Origin: a virus
DNA: 64,000 bases
Virus record (IMG/VR): IMGVR_UViG_3300020190_000008
Strand: one strand, 5' to 3'
Made by a program: the position numbers and the translations under genes. Positions within the stretch are counted from its first letter, which is position 1. Every line of letters begins with the position of its first letter. Of this stretch, positions 30,330 through 39,840 are shown piece by piece. The notes below the pieces were generated by a model. The model saw only the letters and a program-made list of their open reading frames with translations, did no database searches and had not been told where the DNA came from.

Positions 30330-30947
30330 ATGACAAATTATTTAGTACGAAATTGTATTACTGAAGATACATTTATTGTTTCTTCGAGTGACACCTTAAA
30401 TCTAGGTGACTTTATAAGTTTATATTTTGGAGAAGCCATTTATTGCGGAGTAGTAGTAGAAGAAACCATAGATTCTTCCGATTCAGTCCTTGGGGACACG
30501 TATGGTACTTGTTGTGAATGTTTTCGAGAAAACGAATTAAATTTAGTATTTCAAATATGTGGAGAGGAAGAGGAACCAACAGAATTTATTATAAATTCAC
30601 AAGCTTTTTGTCCAGAATTTCAACCACCGTTTTTTTTATTCGACTATGCAGTCGATGATACCACAGTTTGTGCTCAACTTATTGGTGCTATTAGTGATGA
30701 CCCTACTGAAGGATACAGCTCACACGATTCCTCAATTTACGATGATTGTGATTGTACTACTACAACAACTACTACATCACCACCAAGAAGTGCAAATACA
30801 GAAAATTTTATTTGTATTCCAGATTGTGAATTTACTGGATCAACAGCTGTAACACCACCACACCCAGTATGGACAGATGGTTATGGAACACCTGTAACAC
30901 AATTAAATATGGTTGTCTTAGGAGGACCAAACGGATTAAATGCTTAA
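30330..30947 (+). CDS. Cys-rich acidic protein with a poly-Thr linker
   Basis: Many Cys (CCEC, CDC); TTTTTTTSPP. Confidence 0.7.
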   Translation: MTNYLVRNCITEDTFIVSSSDTLNLGDFISLYFGEAIYCGVVVEETIDSSDSVLGDTYGTCCECFRENELNLVFQICGEEEEPTEFIINSQAFCPEFQPPFFLFDYAVDDTTVCAQLIGAISDDPTEGYSSHDSSIYDDCDCTTTTTTTSPPRSANTENFICIPDCEFTGSTAVTPPHPVWTDGYGTPVTQLNMVVLGGPNGLNA

Positions 30948-30957
30948 CATATTAGAT

Positions 30958-31419
30958 ATGAATTTAGATAGAATAATTAGAAAGGTTTTAAGAGAAGAAG
31001 AACACGGGTCGTCAAGATATATGTTCTTTTCAAACCTACAACAAATGAGAAGACAATGTGATTTATTACTTGATTTAGATGAAGAAATGGTTGAGTCAAT
31101 TTTAGAAAATGGACATGACTGGGCCCAAGATCACATAGCTGAAGCAAAAAACAATATGGATCAAGTATTTGATTTTATTATGAATGAATCAAAAAAAGAT
31201 GGTATTGAAATGTCAATGAATATTGATGATAAAGATATGGTGATGGCTGAAGGAAGAAAAAAAACTGGAACAAAACTATGTGCCAGAGGAAAGGCAGCGG
31301 CCAAAGCAAAATTTGACGTGTATCCTAGTGCTTACGCCAATGGTTACGCCGTACAAGTTTGTAAAGGAACAAAACCAGGTCTTGATGGTAAAAAAAGATG
31401 TTCTGGGGCATATTGTTAA
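30958..31419 (+). CDS. Hypothetical protein with a KFDVYPSAYANG module (DUF5872-like N-terminal half)
   Basis: MNLDRIIRKVLREE start; LCARGKAAAKAKFDVYPSAYANGYAVQVCKG. Confidence 0.6.
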   Translation: MNLDRIIRKVLREEEHGSSRYMFFSNLQQMRRQCDLLLDLDEEMVESILENGHDWAQDHIAEAKNNMDQVFDFIMNESKKDGIEMSMNIDDKDMVMAEGRKKTGTKLCARGKAAAKAKFDVYPSAYANGYAVQVCKGTKPGLDGKKRCSGAYC

Positions 31420-31435
31420 AAATAACTTAAAATAA

Positions 31436-31468
31436 TTTGGAAGTATAATTATTTTTTTTATATCTTTG
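31436..31468 (+). promoter_or_regulatory. Bacteroidota sigma70-type promoter
   Basis: TTTG-N21-TATCTTTG upstream of 31487. Confidence 0.75.
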
Positions 31469-31486
31469 TGGAGTTAAGTTAAAGAT

Positions 31487-31918
31487 ATGATAAAAAGAAT
31501 AGTCAGATTTTTTAGGAGGTTAAAATTAAGATTTTACTTATTAAGTAAAAAAGGTAAAATGTTTAAAACATATGAAGAAGAAGTTTCATCTTATGAGAAA
31601 ACTTGTTTCCAAATTTGCCTTCAAGTGATAAAACACCCATCAACCAAATTTATGATTGCACCAATGTCAAATAAAAGGTATATTGAAAATAAAGAAATCG
31701 ACCTTTTTATTACTATGGATTATGGTAGAATCGATTTAACAAATCACATATATCATTATAGTGTTAAACTTACCGGTAGAGATTGGGAAAGAGTCACATA
31801 TATTTTTGATATGGAAACAGAAAAAAGAAGATTAAAATACGAAGAAACAATCAACTCTCAGATTAAAAATTCGTTACATAATGTATTAGAAAGAATTTCA
31901 AATAGTAATAACCAATAA
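31487..31918 (+). CDS. Hypothetical protein
   Basis: 143-aa ORF behind a host-type promoter. Confidence 0.7.
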   Translation: MIKRIVRFFRRLKLRFYLLSKKGKMFKTYEEEVSSYEKTCFQICLQVIKHPSTKFMIAPMSNKRYIENKEIDLFITMDYGRIDLTNHIYHYSVKLTGRDWERVTYIFDMETEKRRLKYEETINSQIKNSLHNVLERISNSNNQ

Positions 31919-31928
31919 TTTATATAAT

Positions 31929-32219
31929 ATGAAAAAGTTAGTTTTAGTTTTAACTTTATTATTTTCTTTTAATTCTTTTGGTCAAAAAGAAGGTTACCCA
32001 ACTGTAATGCCAAAGCCAAAACCGATTGAAAGGTCAAATATTGAAACGGTAAGTGTTAATAAATAAAAATTCTATATTAATGGTGTTGACTTTAGTGACT
32101 CTCACGATGGTGAAAAGAGTTTAGCTCTTGCAATGAACAAAATGTCAGATGAAGAACTTTTAGTTTTTATAAAAAAATATCTACTAGTTGATAGTGGTGT
32201 TCCAGAAAAAAAAGATTAG
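31929..32219 (+). pseudogene. Signal-peptide protein gene with an in-frame TAA (32064-32066)
   Basis: MKKLVLVLTLLFSFNSFG|QKEG...VSVNK*KFYINGVDFSD...PEKKD*; the frame stays open 50 codons past the TAA. Confidence 0.55.
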
Positions 32220-32626
32220 AAAATTGAATTCGGTAAGTTATAAGCAACCGAGCTATTTTCAAAAAAAGTAATCCATTTTTCTGAAGTTTGACCGCCTGCG
32301 TCAACACCGTTTTGCATTACTTTACAAAAATATGACGGTGTTGCTGTTGTTGACAAATAAATAATATATTTTAACGCCTCATTCCAATAAAAATTAGGAA
32401 GCCTACTTTTAATAAAGTCCATTATTTCTTGGTTTGGTTGTGATATTGTTAAAAATAATAATTCATTAGTTCGTTCTTGAATCCCATCATTTGGTATTGC
32501 ACTAGTTTTTATTTTTTTTATAGAAAATTGTCCTGGTTCTGTTTCACTAAAAAAAGTATAATCTAAATATTCTTTTTTATTACCATTTAAATAGTTGACA
32601 CATTTTAAATCTAACCTACCAATACC
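32216..32626 (-). pseudogene. 136-codon open frame continuing in frame past the stop of 32627..33739
   Basis: ...EDTNKI*GIGRLDLKCVNY...QEIMDFIKSRL...NSIF*; no ATG, GTG or TTG in the first 68 codons. Confidence 0.5.
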
Positions 32627-33739
32627 TTAAATTTTATTTGTATCTTCATTTAAAACACGTTTAACAATTCTTGTTAAATCATTTTCTGTTAATGTGATAA
32701 TTCTTCTTTTTATATTTTCATTCGTTTTTTTCGTATGTGATACCATTACTGGTTTTTGACCTTTTCCAGATTGTGTGTCATTTTTTTCGGCTCTTCTTTT
32801 TTGTTGACAAGCATTTCTTTTTTGTGAATCTGACATTTTTCCTGCCACACCTGCCGCTCTACATTTAGGATAAGAACCGGTGCTAGCGTCTGATCTACCA
32901 CAAGGTGGATGTTTACCATCTACTTTTCTACATATATCAACCCAAGGTCCTTTTGGTTCTGAAGAACCTTTTGGTTTTTTCTTTTTACCAAACCATACAG
33001 CAAGATCTTCATTCATTTTTTGTTTTTTAATAATATCTTTTTTTGTTACTGGTTTTCTTTTTAAAGGTCTATACCATTCAATAGGGTCATTTGTTAGTTG
33101 TCCTTTTGATAATTGTGATTCGTGTTCACCATCAACATCATATGTTGGAACCTCAAAGTTACCGTGTTGTGGTTCCCAACCACCAACTACTTTATGTACA
33201 TTTTTTTTTGTTGTTCTTTTTTTGAAGACATTATTTGGTGGATTATCGCTTTCAATATCAAAAGCACCTAGTTCTGATTTTTTCCATTTTCTTAAACCAA
33301 GTTCTTGTGGACCAGAATATTCACCAGCAGTTGTTGTTGTTGTTATTTCGTTAATTTTTGATTTATTTTTTTTATGTTTTACTGGGACTATTTCTAATTT
33401 TTTTGAATTTTCTTTACCACTTGGAGTTCTGTTCAAAACATTACCATCTTCATCACTATTAGTTGCTTCTGGATGCCTTTTTATAAAATTTGATATCTTT
33501 CTTGCTGTTTTTTCTAAACTTTGCCTTTGATTTTTAGTTAAATCCCAATCGTGGTCATAACTATCGTATGCAACTAAAGGACTTTTATAGTTTGTTAAAG
33601 AATCTGTAAAAGGTGCTAATTTTGATTTATCAAAATCACGTATTCCAGGTTGTAATGGTGGTGCAAAAGACCCCCTACTACCGGTTGAGTCACCAGTCGC
33701 TTCTTTAAGTACATTCTTTATTATCTCTTCTATTTTCAT
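32627..33739 (-). CDS. Multi-module hypothetical protein with a WF..KGPWVDIC...CGR...YPKCR module (DUF5872-like C-terminal half)
   Basis: 370 aa; modules separated by xNE sites; ends in the LTENDLTRIVKRVLNE motif. Confidence 0.7.
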   Translation of the reverse strand: MKIEEIIKNVLKEATGDSTGSRGSFAPPLQPGIRDFDKSKLAPFTDSLTNYKSPLVAYDSYDHDWDLTKNQRQSLEKTARKISNFIKRHPEATNSDEDGNVLNRTPSGKENSKKLEIVPVKHKKNKSKINEITTTTTAGEYSGPQELGLRKWKKSELGAFDIESDNPPNNVFKKRTTKKNVHKVVGGWEPQHGNFEVPTYDVDGEHESQLSKGQLTNDPIEWYRPLKRKPVTKKDIIKKQKMNEDLAVWFGKKKKPKGSSEPKGPWVDICRKVDGKHPPCGRSDASTGSYPKCRAAGVAGKMSDSQKRNACQQKRRAEKNDTQSGKGQKPVMVSHTKKTNENIKRRIITLTENDLTRIVKRVLNEDTNKI

Positions 33740-33740
33740 A

Positions 33741-33754
33741 TATTTATATAAATA
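33741..33754. promoter_or_regulatory. Palindromic double late-promoter motif between divergent genes
   Basis: TATTTATATAAATA is a perfect palindrome, giving TATTTATA on both strands. Confidence 0.6.
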
Positions 33755-33763
33755 TCATAATTT

Positions 33764-33982
33764 ATGGAAAATGAAAATAAACTATTCGGTAATTTATTTG
33801 GTTCTATTAACCTTTTAAGTGAAGATCATCTCGATGTAATTCTTACAACTATGGATAGAGAACATTCAATTTATTATTTAATTGAATCAGTAAAAGCAGC
33901 ACATAAAAGAGGTGCTTTTAGTATAGGTGAAGTTGAAGTAATTTCAAAGGCTATTAGAACGATTTCTAGTAAGGCTAAGTGA
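33764..33982 (+). CDS. Hypothetical protein
   Basis: 72-aa ORF. Confidence 0.65.
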   Translation: MENENKLFGNLFGSINLLSEDHLDVILTTMDREHSIYYLIESVKAAHKRGAFSIGEVEVISKAIRTISSKAK

Positions 33983-34414
33983 ATATAGTAAAACGTGTGT
34001 GTGATACGCAACCAAAGTAATTATTCCCCAAGTTTCAGCCCAGAACAATCCATGAAACAAAAACAAAGCCGAAATTAAAAATATCCCAAGGTAGTATCTG
34101 AATTTTTTTATACTCCAGAGTGACACACCAGAAAATATAAAAAATAGTATTGCAAAAATATTATGTAATACAAAATAATCTGTAACCGGAAACGATGTTA
34201 ATAATAAAAGAAGTAACGCTGGGATTCTCCATTTAGGTATTTTAAAAAAGAAAAAACTAACAAGAGCATTTGTGATAATAAATAAAGGTTGTAGTGGTGT
34301 GTCCCAAACTCTTGATATTGCGTGATTGTCACCGTATAGGAAATAAACAATGAAGGGTTGTGCTAACGCCAAAAACGATGTGAACAACCTTTCAAACATA
34401 TCCCATCTATTCAT
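33944..34414 (-). CDS. Multi-pass membrane protein
   Basis: About 5-6 hydrophobic segments. Confidence 0.7.
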   Translation of the reverse strand: MNRWDMFERLFTSFLALAQPFIVYFLYGDNHAISRVWDTPLQPLFIITNALVSFFFFKIPKWRIPALLLLLLTSFPVTDYFVLHNIFAILFFIFSGVSLWSIKKFRYYLGIFLISALFLFHGLFWAETWGIITLVAYHTHVLLYSLSLTRNRSNSL

Positions 34415-34428
34415 CTTCCTTAATTAGA

Positions 34429-35106
34429 TTATAATTTATTTGATTTTCGGATATTTTCATCACCCCACAATGGTTGTAGGTTGTCTAATGACCAACAAGA
34501 CATAAATTCGTTATCACCAATTTCTGTAATTTTAAAAGATGATATTGGTTTTATATGGTCTACGTGCCACTCACCATAATTGTCCCAAGTCATATTATCT
34601 TTGAATTTACTTTCTAAATGTTCTATTAAGTTTTCTGGTGAATATTTTAATATATCAAAATAATGTCCGTTTTTTTGAACTTGGTTTTCTTTTAATACTT
34701 GATAGATTGCCGTTCTAAAATTATTAATTAATTTATAAATTGGGTCATTTGCTTTACGGGTTCTTTCGTAGTTTCTTTTATTTTCACGAATTTTGTCTAT
34801 GTTTTTTTCGCGGTATTCTTTTAAATATTGTTTTCTATGTTCTTTGTTTTGTTCATACCAATTTTTAGAATTTAAATCTAATTTTTCTTTATTTTTTTGT
34901 CTATATTTTTTATCTGCAATTTTTTTACCACCTATAAATCTTCTTCCAGAAGGACCAACTTGAATACCACTTTCTTTCAAAATTCTTAAAATGATTTGTT
35001 GGTTTATATTTAATTCTTTTGAAATTGATTTAGAACCTAATAATTCATCATTATACATTTTAAGTATTACATCAATAATTTCTTGTGTTGGTACATATTT
35101 CTTCAT
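34429..35106 (-). mobile_element. Free-standing HNH endonuclease (homing-type) directly downstream of the major capsid gene
   Basis: MTWDNYGEWHVDHIKP...NLQPLWGDENIRKSNK; basic helical repeats; N-terminal HTH-like segment. Confidence 0.75.
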
Positions 35107-35160
35107 ATTAATAAATATGAACTATTCTATCTAAAAATCTATAGTTCCCATAATAAAAAT

Positions 35161-35191
35161 AAAAAAGGAGACAATTTATTGTCTCCTTTTT
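35161..35191. terminator. Bidirectional terminator after the capsid gene
   Basis: aaaaaggagacaa-ttta-ttgtctccttttt. Confidence 0.85.
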
Positions 35192-35212
35192 CTTATTTAG
35201 TTAAGATTTTGA

Positions 35213-37054
35213 TTATCTCAATTCTCTTAAATCAAATGTACGAACTCCATCAACGGTAACACGGGCATAGAAGCGGTTATTTACCATTTTTTTCGCATAT
35301 CTGGTCATAATACCTTTGATAGGCGTAAAGTTGAATGGGTTATACATTGTAGGTGTTAATTGAAGAGGTACATACGGAGCGTAGATGTATCCAGTGTCTA
35401 ATAAAGAAGTACCTTTATGACCCAACAAGATTGTGTTTGGTGGGAAGTAAGGGTCTCTATACACTTGGTAACGACCAGCTAAAGTACCAACTCTTTCAAT
35501 ACCCATGTTGTATTGGTCTTGCTCAGGAGACGCGTTAGATACGTGGAAGTATTCTAAGTCATCAAAGATTGCAGAAACTTCAGAAGATACAACAATCCAG
35601 TTAGCACCACCTCTCAAAGTTGATTTGTGAATTTGTGCAGACAATTGGTTGATTGCAGTAATCAAAGTTTGGTTCCAATCTTTTTGAGTATAAGAAGTTG
35701 TTAAAGACAATCTTCTCCATCCGTTGTAATCCCATCTTAAGTTCCAAGCAGCACCTTTTCTCAAATCTCTCATGATTTCTCTATCGATTTCAGCAGCAAC
35801 TTGCTCAGAAAGTAATGCTGTAAGTTCAGCTTCAGCATCGATGTTGTGGAACGCAGCAACGTCTTGAGCAAGCTCTGGAGACCATTGTGCTCTTAATTTT
35901 CTTTCAGTTACAGAAACTGTTACAGATTCCAAATCAAAAGAAACTTCTCCGATTTTTTCTTCGAATTCTAATTCTTCATATCTTCTCCATACAGCAGTAA
36001 ATGATGTTCCAGAAGTAATTGCAGAAATAGAAGAACCTGTGTATCCGTCAAGTGAATCAGAACCACAAGATGCACAAGCAGGGCAAGAAAGGTCAACTTC
36101 TAAGAAGATACAACCATCCGCATCACAGATATCGTAGAAAGATCCACCATTTCCAGTTGTTGGGAAAGTTGTTCCTTGTTGACTACCGTATTGAACGATT
36201 CCTTTACCATATTTTTGAGTAACAACTCTAAATAAAAGTGGTGTAGATGCAGTAGGTAATGGACATACGTTAGAAGCCGCAAACGCAAGACCTGTATTAG
36301 GTAAGATTTTCAAATCAGAAAGGAAAGTTTCAGAATCGATTTCATTACCATCAGGACCAATTAATTTACCAGCACCTAGTACGTTAGTCCATCCACAAAG
36401 TTTGATAAGAACTTTTCTTGTGTTACCAGTATAAGCATTAACTGTTGTTCCTATTGCATCAGCTAAATTACCATTTGACCAAACAACAACTGTGGCTGGA
36501 GCTGTAATTGCTGACCAACGACCTTTTGAGTAGTCAAATAAACCGGCAGGATCTAATCCTGGTTCTGCACCTTCATAGAATAAATCATAAAGATTTTTTG
36601 CATAAGGATACCCAGTATCATAACCTTGTCCTGGACTATTTTGTGTTAAATTAACAGCTTCTGGAGAACCAACTGGTGGATAATGAGCTGCGTCACCTGC
36701 TGCAACATCAGTAGAATATCCTTGGATTTTAGGTACAAAGTAGAACAATTTACCAATTGGTAAGTTCATAGCTTGTACAGATACGATATCGTTAGCTAAT
36801 AATTTAGAAAAAACTCTTCTAACGATAGGAAAAACAACAGTTTCGAAAGCTCCGTTTGAACCTTCAGAAGTTGCTTCGTTAATTAGGTGAGACGCTTGGT
36901 TTTCATACAACTGCGCAACGTTCTCTTTTAAATGTCCTCTAAGACCTTCTAGGAATCCTAATCTATCCCATTTGTTAATTGTATCTTCTTTGATAACTTT
37001 TAGGTGTTTTAGACCTATGTTACCAACAAGACCTGATTCTAATAATGCTCCCAT
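35213..37054 (-). CDS. gp23: Major capsid protein (T4 gp23-like) with a large Cys-containing insertion
   Basis: FPIVRRVF, SVQAMNLPIG, RKLRAQWSPELAQD, AEIDREI, YAPYVPL, GIMTRYA. Confidence 0.95.
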   Translation of the reverse strand: MGALLESGLVGNIGLKHLKVIKEDTINKWDRLGFLEGLRGHLKENVAQLYENQASHLINEATSEGSNGAFETVVFPIVRRVFSKLLANDIVSVQAMNLPIGKLFYFVPKIQGYSTDVAAGDAAHYPPVGSPEAVNLTQNSPGQGYDTGYPYAKNLYDLFYEGAEPGLDPAGLFDYSKGRWSAITAPATVVVWSNGNLADAIGTTVNAYTGNTRKVLIKLCGWTNVLGAGKLIGPDGNEIDSETFLSDLKILPNTGLAFAASNVCPLPTASTPLLFRVVTQKYGKGIVQYGSQQGTTFPTTGNGGSFYDICDADGCIFLEVDLSCPACASCGSDSLDGYTGSSISAITSGTSFTAVWRRYEELEFEEKIGEVSFDLESVTVSVTERKLRAQWSPELAQDVAAFHNIDAEAELTALLSEQVAAEIDREIMRDLRKGAAWNLRWDYNGWRRLSLTTSYTQKDWNQTLITAINQLSAQIHKSTLRGGANWIVVSSEVSAIFDDLEYFHVSNASPEQDQYNMGIERVGTLAGRYQVYRDPYFPPNTILLGHKGTSLLDTGYIYAPYVPLQLTPTMYNPFNFTPIKGIMTRYAKKMVNNRFYARVTVDGVRTFDLRELR

Positions 37055-37123
37055 TTTTATTTGTTTTTTTTGTTTTATTTTTTTATTTATGTATATTATA
37101 AATATACTGTTTTTTTAAAATGT

Positions 37124-38761
37124 TTATTTTATTTTCGTCATTAAGTCTTTCATTCGTAAAAATTGTGGATTTTCATACGTTTTTGATTCAATCAAATTTA
37201 CTGCAGATCCAGTAGATGGAGTAATTTCAACTCTTCTCTGTACCGATTCTGTAATCGTATTTTCACTTGTTTTTACATTTCCTAATTCAGACTTTAATGT
37301 TCTGTAAAGATTTTTAGATTCTTTTAAAGTTTCAACATTGTCAAATCTTCTAAGAATATTTATCTTTTCTTGTTTAGTTGTTGAATGCTCAGTAAATAGT
37401 CTTGTAGCGTATGCAAGGTTAGAATTAAATACCGCAACTTCATTTAATTTAGTTCTAAATAAATCAAGTGCTTTTCTGTATTCGTCATTCTTAGTTCTTA
37501 ACAATTCAAGTTCTTCTGTACTTTCTTTTCTTAGGTTAGCTGGTGCTGTTCTTCTTTTATTTACACCACCTTCACCCCAAGACTTACCATTACCTAAAGT
37601 TCTTGAAGCTTCTTTAAATTCTGATTTTCTAGAAGTTGGTTTTACCTTGAATTCACCATTTAAGTTTTCACCTTCTTTGTATTCAAATTTTGCTTTACCA
37701 GTACCCATAGTTTTGTTGGCATTTTTCTTAACAGTTTTAAAGCCACCATCCATATTTGGTTTTTTACTCATTTTATACTTAGAAGCATTACCCATTCCAA
37801 CACCTTTTGCTTTGAATCCTTTTGACTCCATCATTCTATGGTTACGAATATCTTCAAAATCGTCTTCCATAAATTCAATTGGGGTTTCAGAATCTTCAAA
37901 ATCCATCATATCATCATCCAATTCTAATTCATAGATGTTTTCAGTTCGTTCTCTAGAAGATTCTTGACCATTATCCATAGTGATTGTTTCTTTATCTTCC
38001 CCAAATTCTGAATAATCAAAATCATCTTCTTCTTCGAAATCAAAATCATCTTCTTCTTCGAAATCAAAATCATTAGATTTAAATCTTCCAGCCATAGGAT
38101 CTTGATTAAGCATTCCTTTTTTTCTAATACCCATATCCAATTTGTTCATAGGCATATAGTCGTCATCATCTTCTTCATCATATGACATAAAGCTGAAATC
38201 ATCGTCATCTTCAAATTCATCTTCATCTTCATCTTCACCATCAGAATGATGTGAATACATATCAAATTCAGATTTTCCAAATTCTTTCAATTCACTATCA
38301 TCCATCATCGATTCAGAAAGTTGGATAATATATTCTGTATCGTTTTCGTTATCTGATAAATGTATCATATTATCGTCTCTTTTTACAATAACACCATCGT
38401 TATCACCCATTGCTCTAAATACTCTTAAAACTTCAGCATCAGAAGCTCCGGTCATATCTACTGTGTCATCATCAGAAGGCATAACTGGTTGACCCATCAT
38501 TTCTTCATCATCTACATCATCTGTAGCATATACTTCGTCATCAGTTTCTTCTTCTTCATTATCAGTATCTGTGTCCTCAACGTCCACGTCAACTTCGTCA
38601 TCCTCAACCTCATCTTGTTCTGTCAGAGATTCTTTTACTAATGATTTGATTTCATCCTTCATTGTTGAAGAAAGTATTCCTTGTGCATTTCTTTGTAAAG
38701 ACTCTTCCAAATTCTTAATCTGGAATAACGCGTCTTCGATTTCTCTTTGATTTTTTGCCAT
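37124..38761 (-). CDS. Prohead core/scaffold protein (gp22-like), highly acidic
   Basis: Lies between the protease and the capsid gene; LNEVAVFNSNLAYATRLF...RFDNV coiled-coil C-terminus; start likely MAKN at 38761. Confidence 0.7.
   Translation of the reverse strand: MAKNQREIEDALFQIKNLEESLQRNAQGILSSTMKDEIKSLVKESLTEQDEVEDDEVDVDVEDTDTDNEEEETDDEVYATDDVDDEEMMGQPVMPSDDDTVDMTGASDAEVLRVFRAMGDNDGVIVKRDDNMIHLSDNENDTEYIIQLSESMMDDSELKEFGKSEFDMYSHHSDGEDEDEDEFEDDDDFSFMSYDEEDDDDYMPMNKLDMGIRKKGMLNQDPMAGRFKSNDFDFEEEDDFDFEEEDDFDYSEFGEDKETITMDNGQESSRERTENIYELELDDDMMDFEDSETPIEFMEDDFEDIRNHRMMESKGFKAKGVGMGNASKYKMSKKPNMDGGFKTVKKNANKTMGTGKAKFEYKEGENLNGEFKVKPTSRKSEFKEASRTLGNGKSWGEGGVNKRRTAPANLRKESTEELELLRTKNDEYRKALDLFRTKLNEVAVFNSNLAYATRLFTEHSTTKQEKINILRRFDNVETLKESKNLYRTLKSELGNVKTSENTITESVQRRVEITPSTGSAVNLIESKTYENPQFLRMKDLMTKIK
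38016..38070. repeat. 24-nt tandem duplication in the scaffold gene (DFDFEEED x2)
   Basis: tcaaaatcatcttcttcttcgaaa repeated. Confidence 0.8.
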
Positions 38762-38824
38762 TTTTTTTTTGACTTTATTCAAATAAATACATTGATTTTT
38801 GAAAAAGTTTGATTTTTGACAATA

Positions 38825-38858
38825 AAAAAAGGGAACAACTATTGTCATTCCCTTTTTT
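38825..38858 (-). terminator. Probable terminator
   Basis: aaaaaagggaa...ttccctttttt hairpin. Confidence 0.6.
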
Positions 38859-38878
38859 AATCTTTATTATTTTGGGTT

Positions 38879-39094
38879 TTATTCTATAACTTCATCAATT
38901 TTACTTTCTGTGATTGACGTAATTCTCCAATCCATTGTGTAATTTTCATAGATTTTAGTTACTTTAGCTTCAACATCCGTCGGCGTGTAACCCAAAACTA
39001 ATTTTTCTTCTTTTTGTTTTTTTACTCTTCCAGATTCCGAATCTAACAAATCTGATGTAATCTTTGCTACAAAATATTTTTCTCCTTGTTCCAT
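38879..39094 (-). CDS. Small protein, DUF4494-like
   Basis: YFVAKI...GRVKKQKEEKLV...TDVEAKV pattern. Confidence 0.5.
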   Translation of the reverse strand: MEQGEKYFVAKITSDLLDSESGRVKKQKEEKLVLGYTPTDVEAKVTKIYENYTMDWRITSITESKIDEVIE

Positions 39095-39102
39095 AATTTT
39101 TT

Positions 39103-39819
39103 TTATTTACCCAAATAATCGGATAATCTTTTCATTAAGTCAAGAGATTTGTTACCACTTTCACCAACATTTCTTTCCACGTTCATTCTTTTTTCTTCTT
39201 CCAAGTTTTCATCAAATTTTATTCTATCATTTTTATCTAAGAAAAGATAAGCACCTGGTGTTGACGGTGAAGATACAAGGTCAAAACAAATTAATTCAAA
39301 ATCATCTTGTACTTCGTTTTGTTCACCAACCTTTTTTAACGAACCAACACCACGAGAAGAAATACCAAGTGTGACTCCCTGTCTTAAATAGTTTGCAGCT
39401 AAGTCTCCCTTTGTTGAACAAACTCCTCTTTCGTGAAAACCAGGTGATGTTAATAGTTTCAATTTACCAAGTAATATCGGACCATCCCACCACACATCAG
39501 TAATAATGTGTGATACCCTATCAAGATCAATTAATGAAGATTCTGGGTGATTAAGTTCAGAAAGTGAAGTTCCCTTTTCAATTATTTTTTTATAATTTTC
39601 TACTTCCCTTTTTAATATCTTTTCTGGATACACTCTACCGTTTCTATTCGGGGTATCGTACTTTTGTAGAACAGCGTAAAATTCAAATGGTTTTGAATGG
39701 TCCAAAAAATTTTGGGATTCCATTATGTAATGATTATTTTGACTTCTTGGGTTTATATACCCAGCGTCATATTCGATAAGGATTCCTTTTCCAGTTTCGT
39801 TTGGTCCTAAAATTTTCAT
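39103..39819 (-). CDS. gp21: Prohead core protease (T4 gp21-like)
   Basis: NRNGRVYP, ELNHP, GISSRGVGS, FDLVSSPS. Confidence 0.93.
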   Translation of the reverse strand: MKILGPNETGKGILIEYDAGYINPRSQNNHYIMESQNFLDHSKPFEFYAVLQKYDTPNRNGRVYPEKILKREVENYKKIIEKGTSLSELNHPESSLIDLDRVSHIITDVWWDGPILLGKLKLLTSPGFHERGVCSTKGDLAANYLRQGVTLGISSRGVGSLKKVGEQNEVQDDFELICFDLVSSPSTPGAYLFLDKNDRIKFDENLEEEKRMNVERNVGESGNKSLDLMKRLSDYLGK

Positions 39820-39840
39820 ATTTAAATTTTATTATAAATA

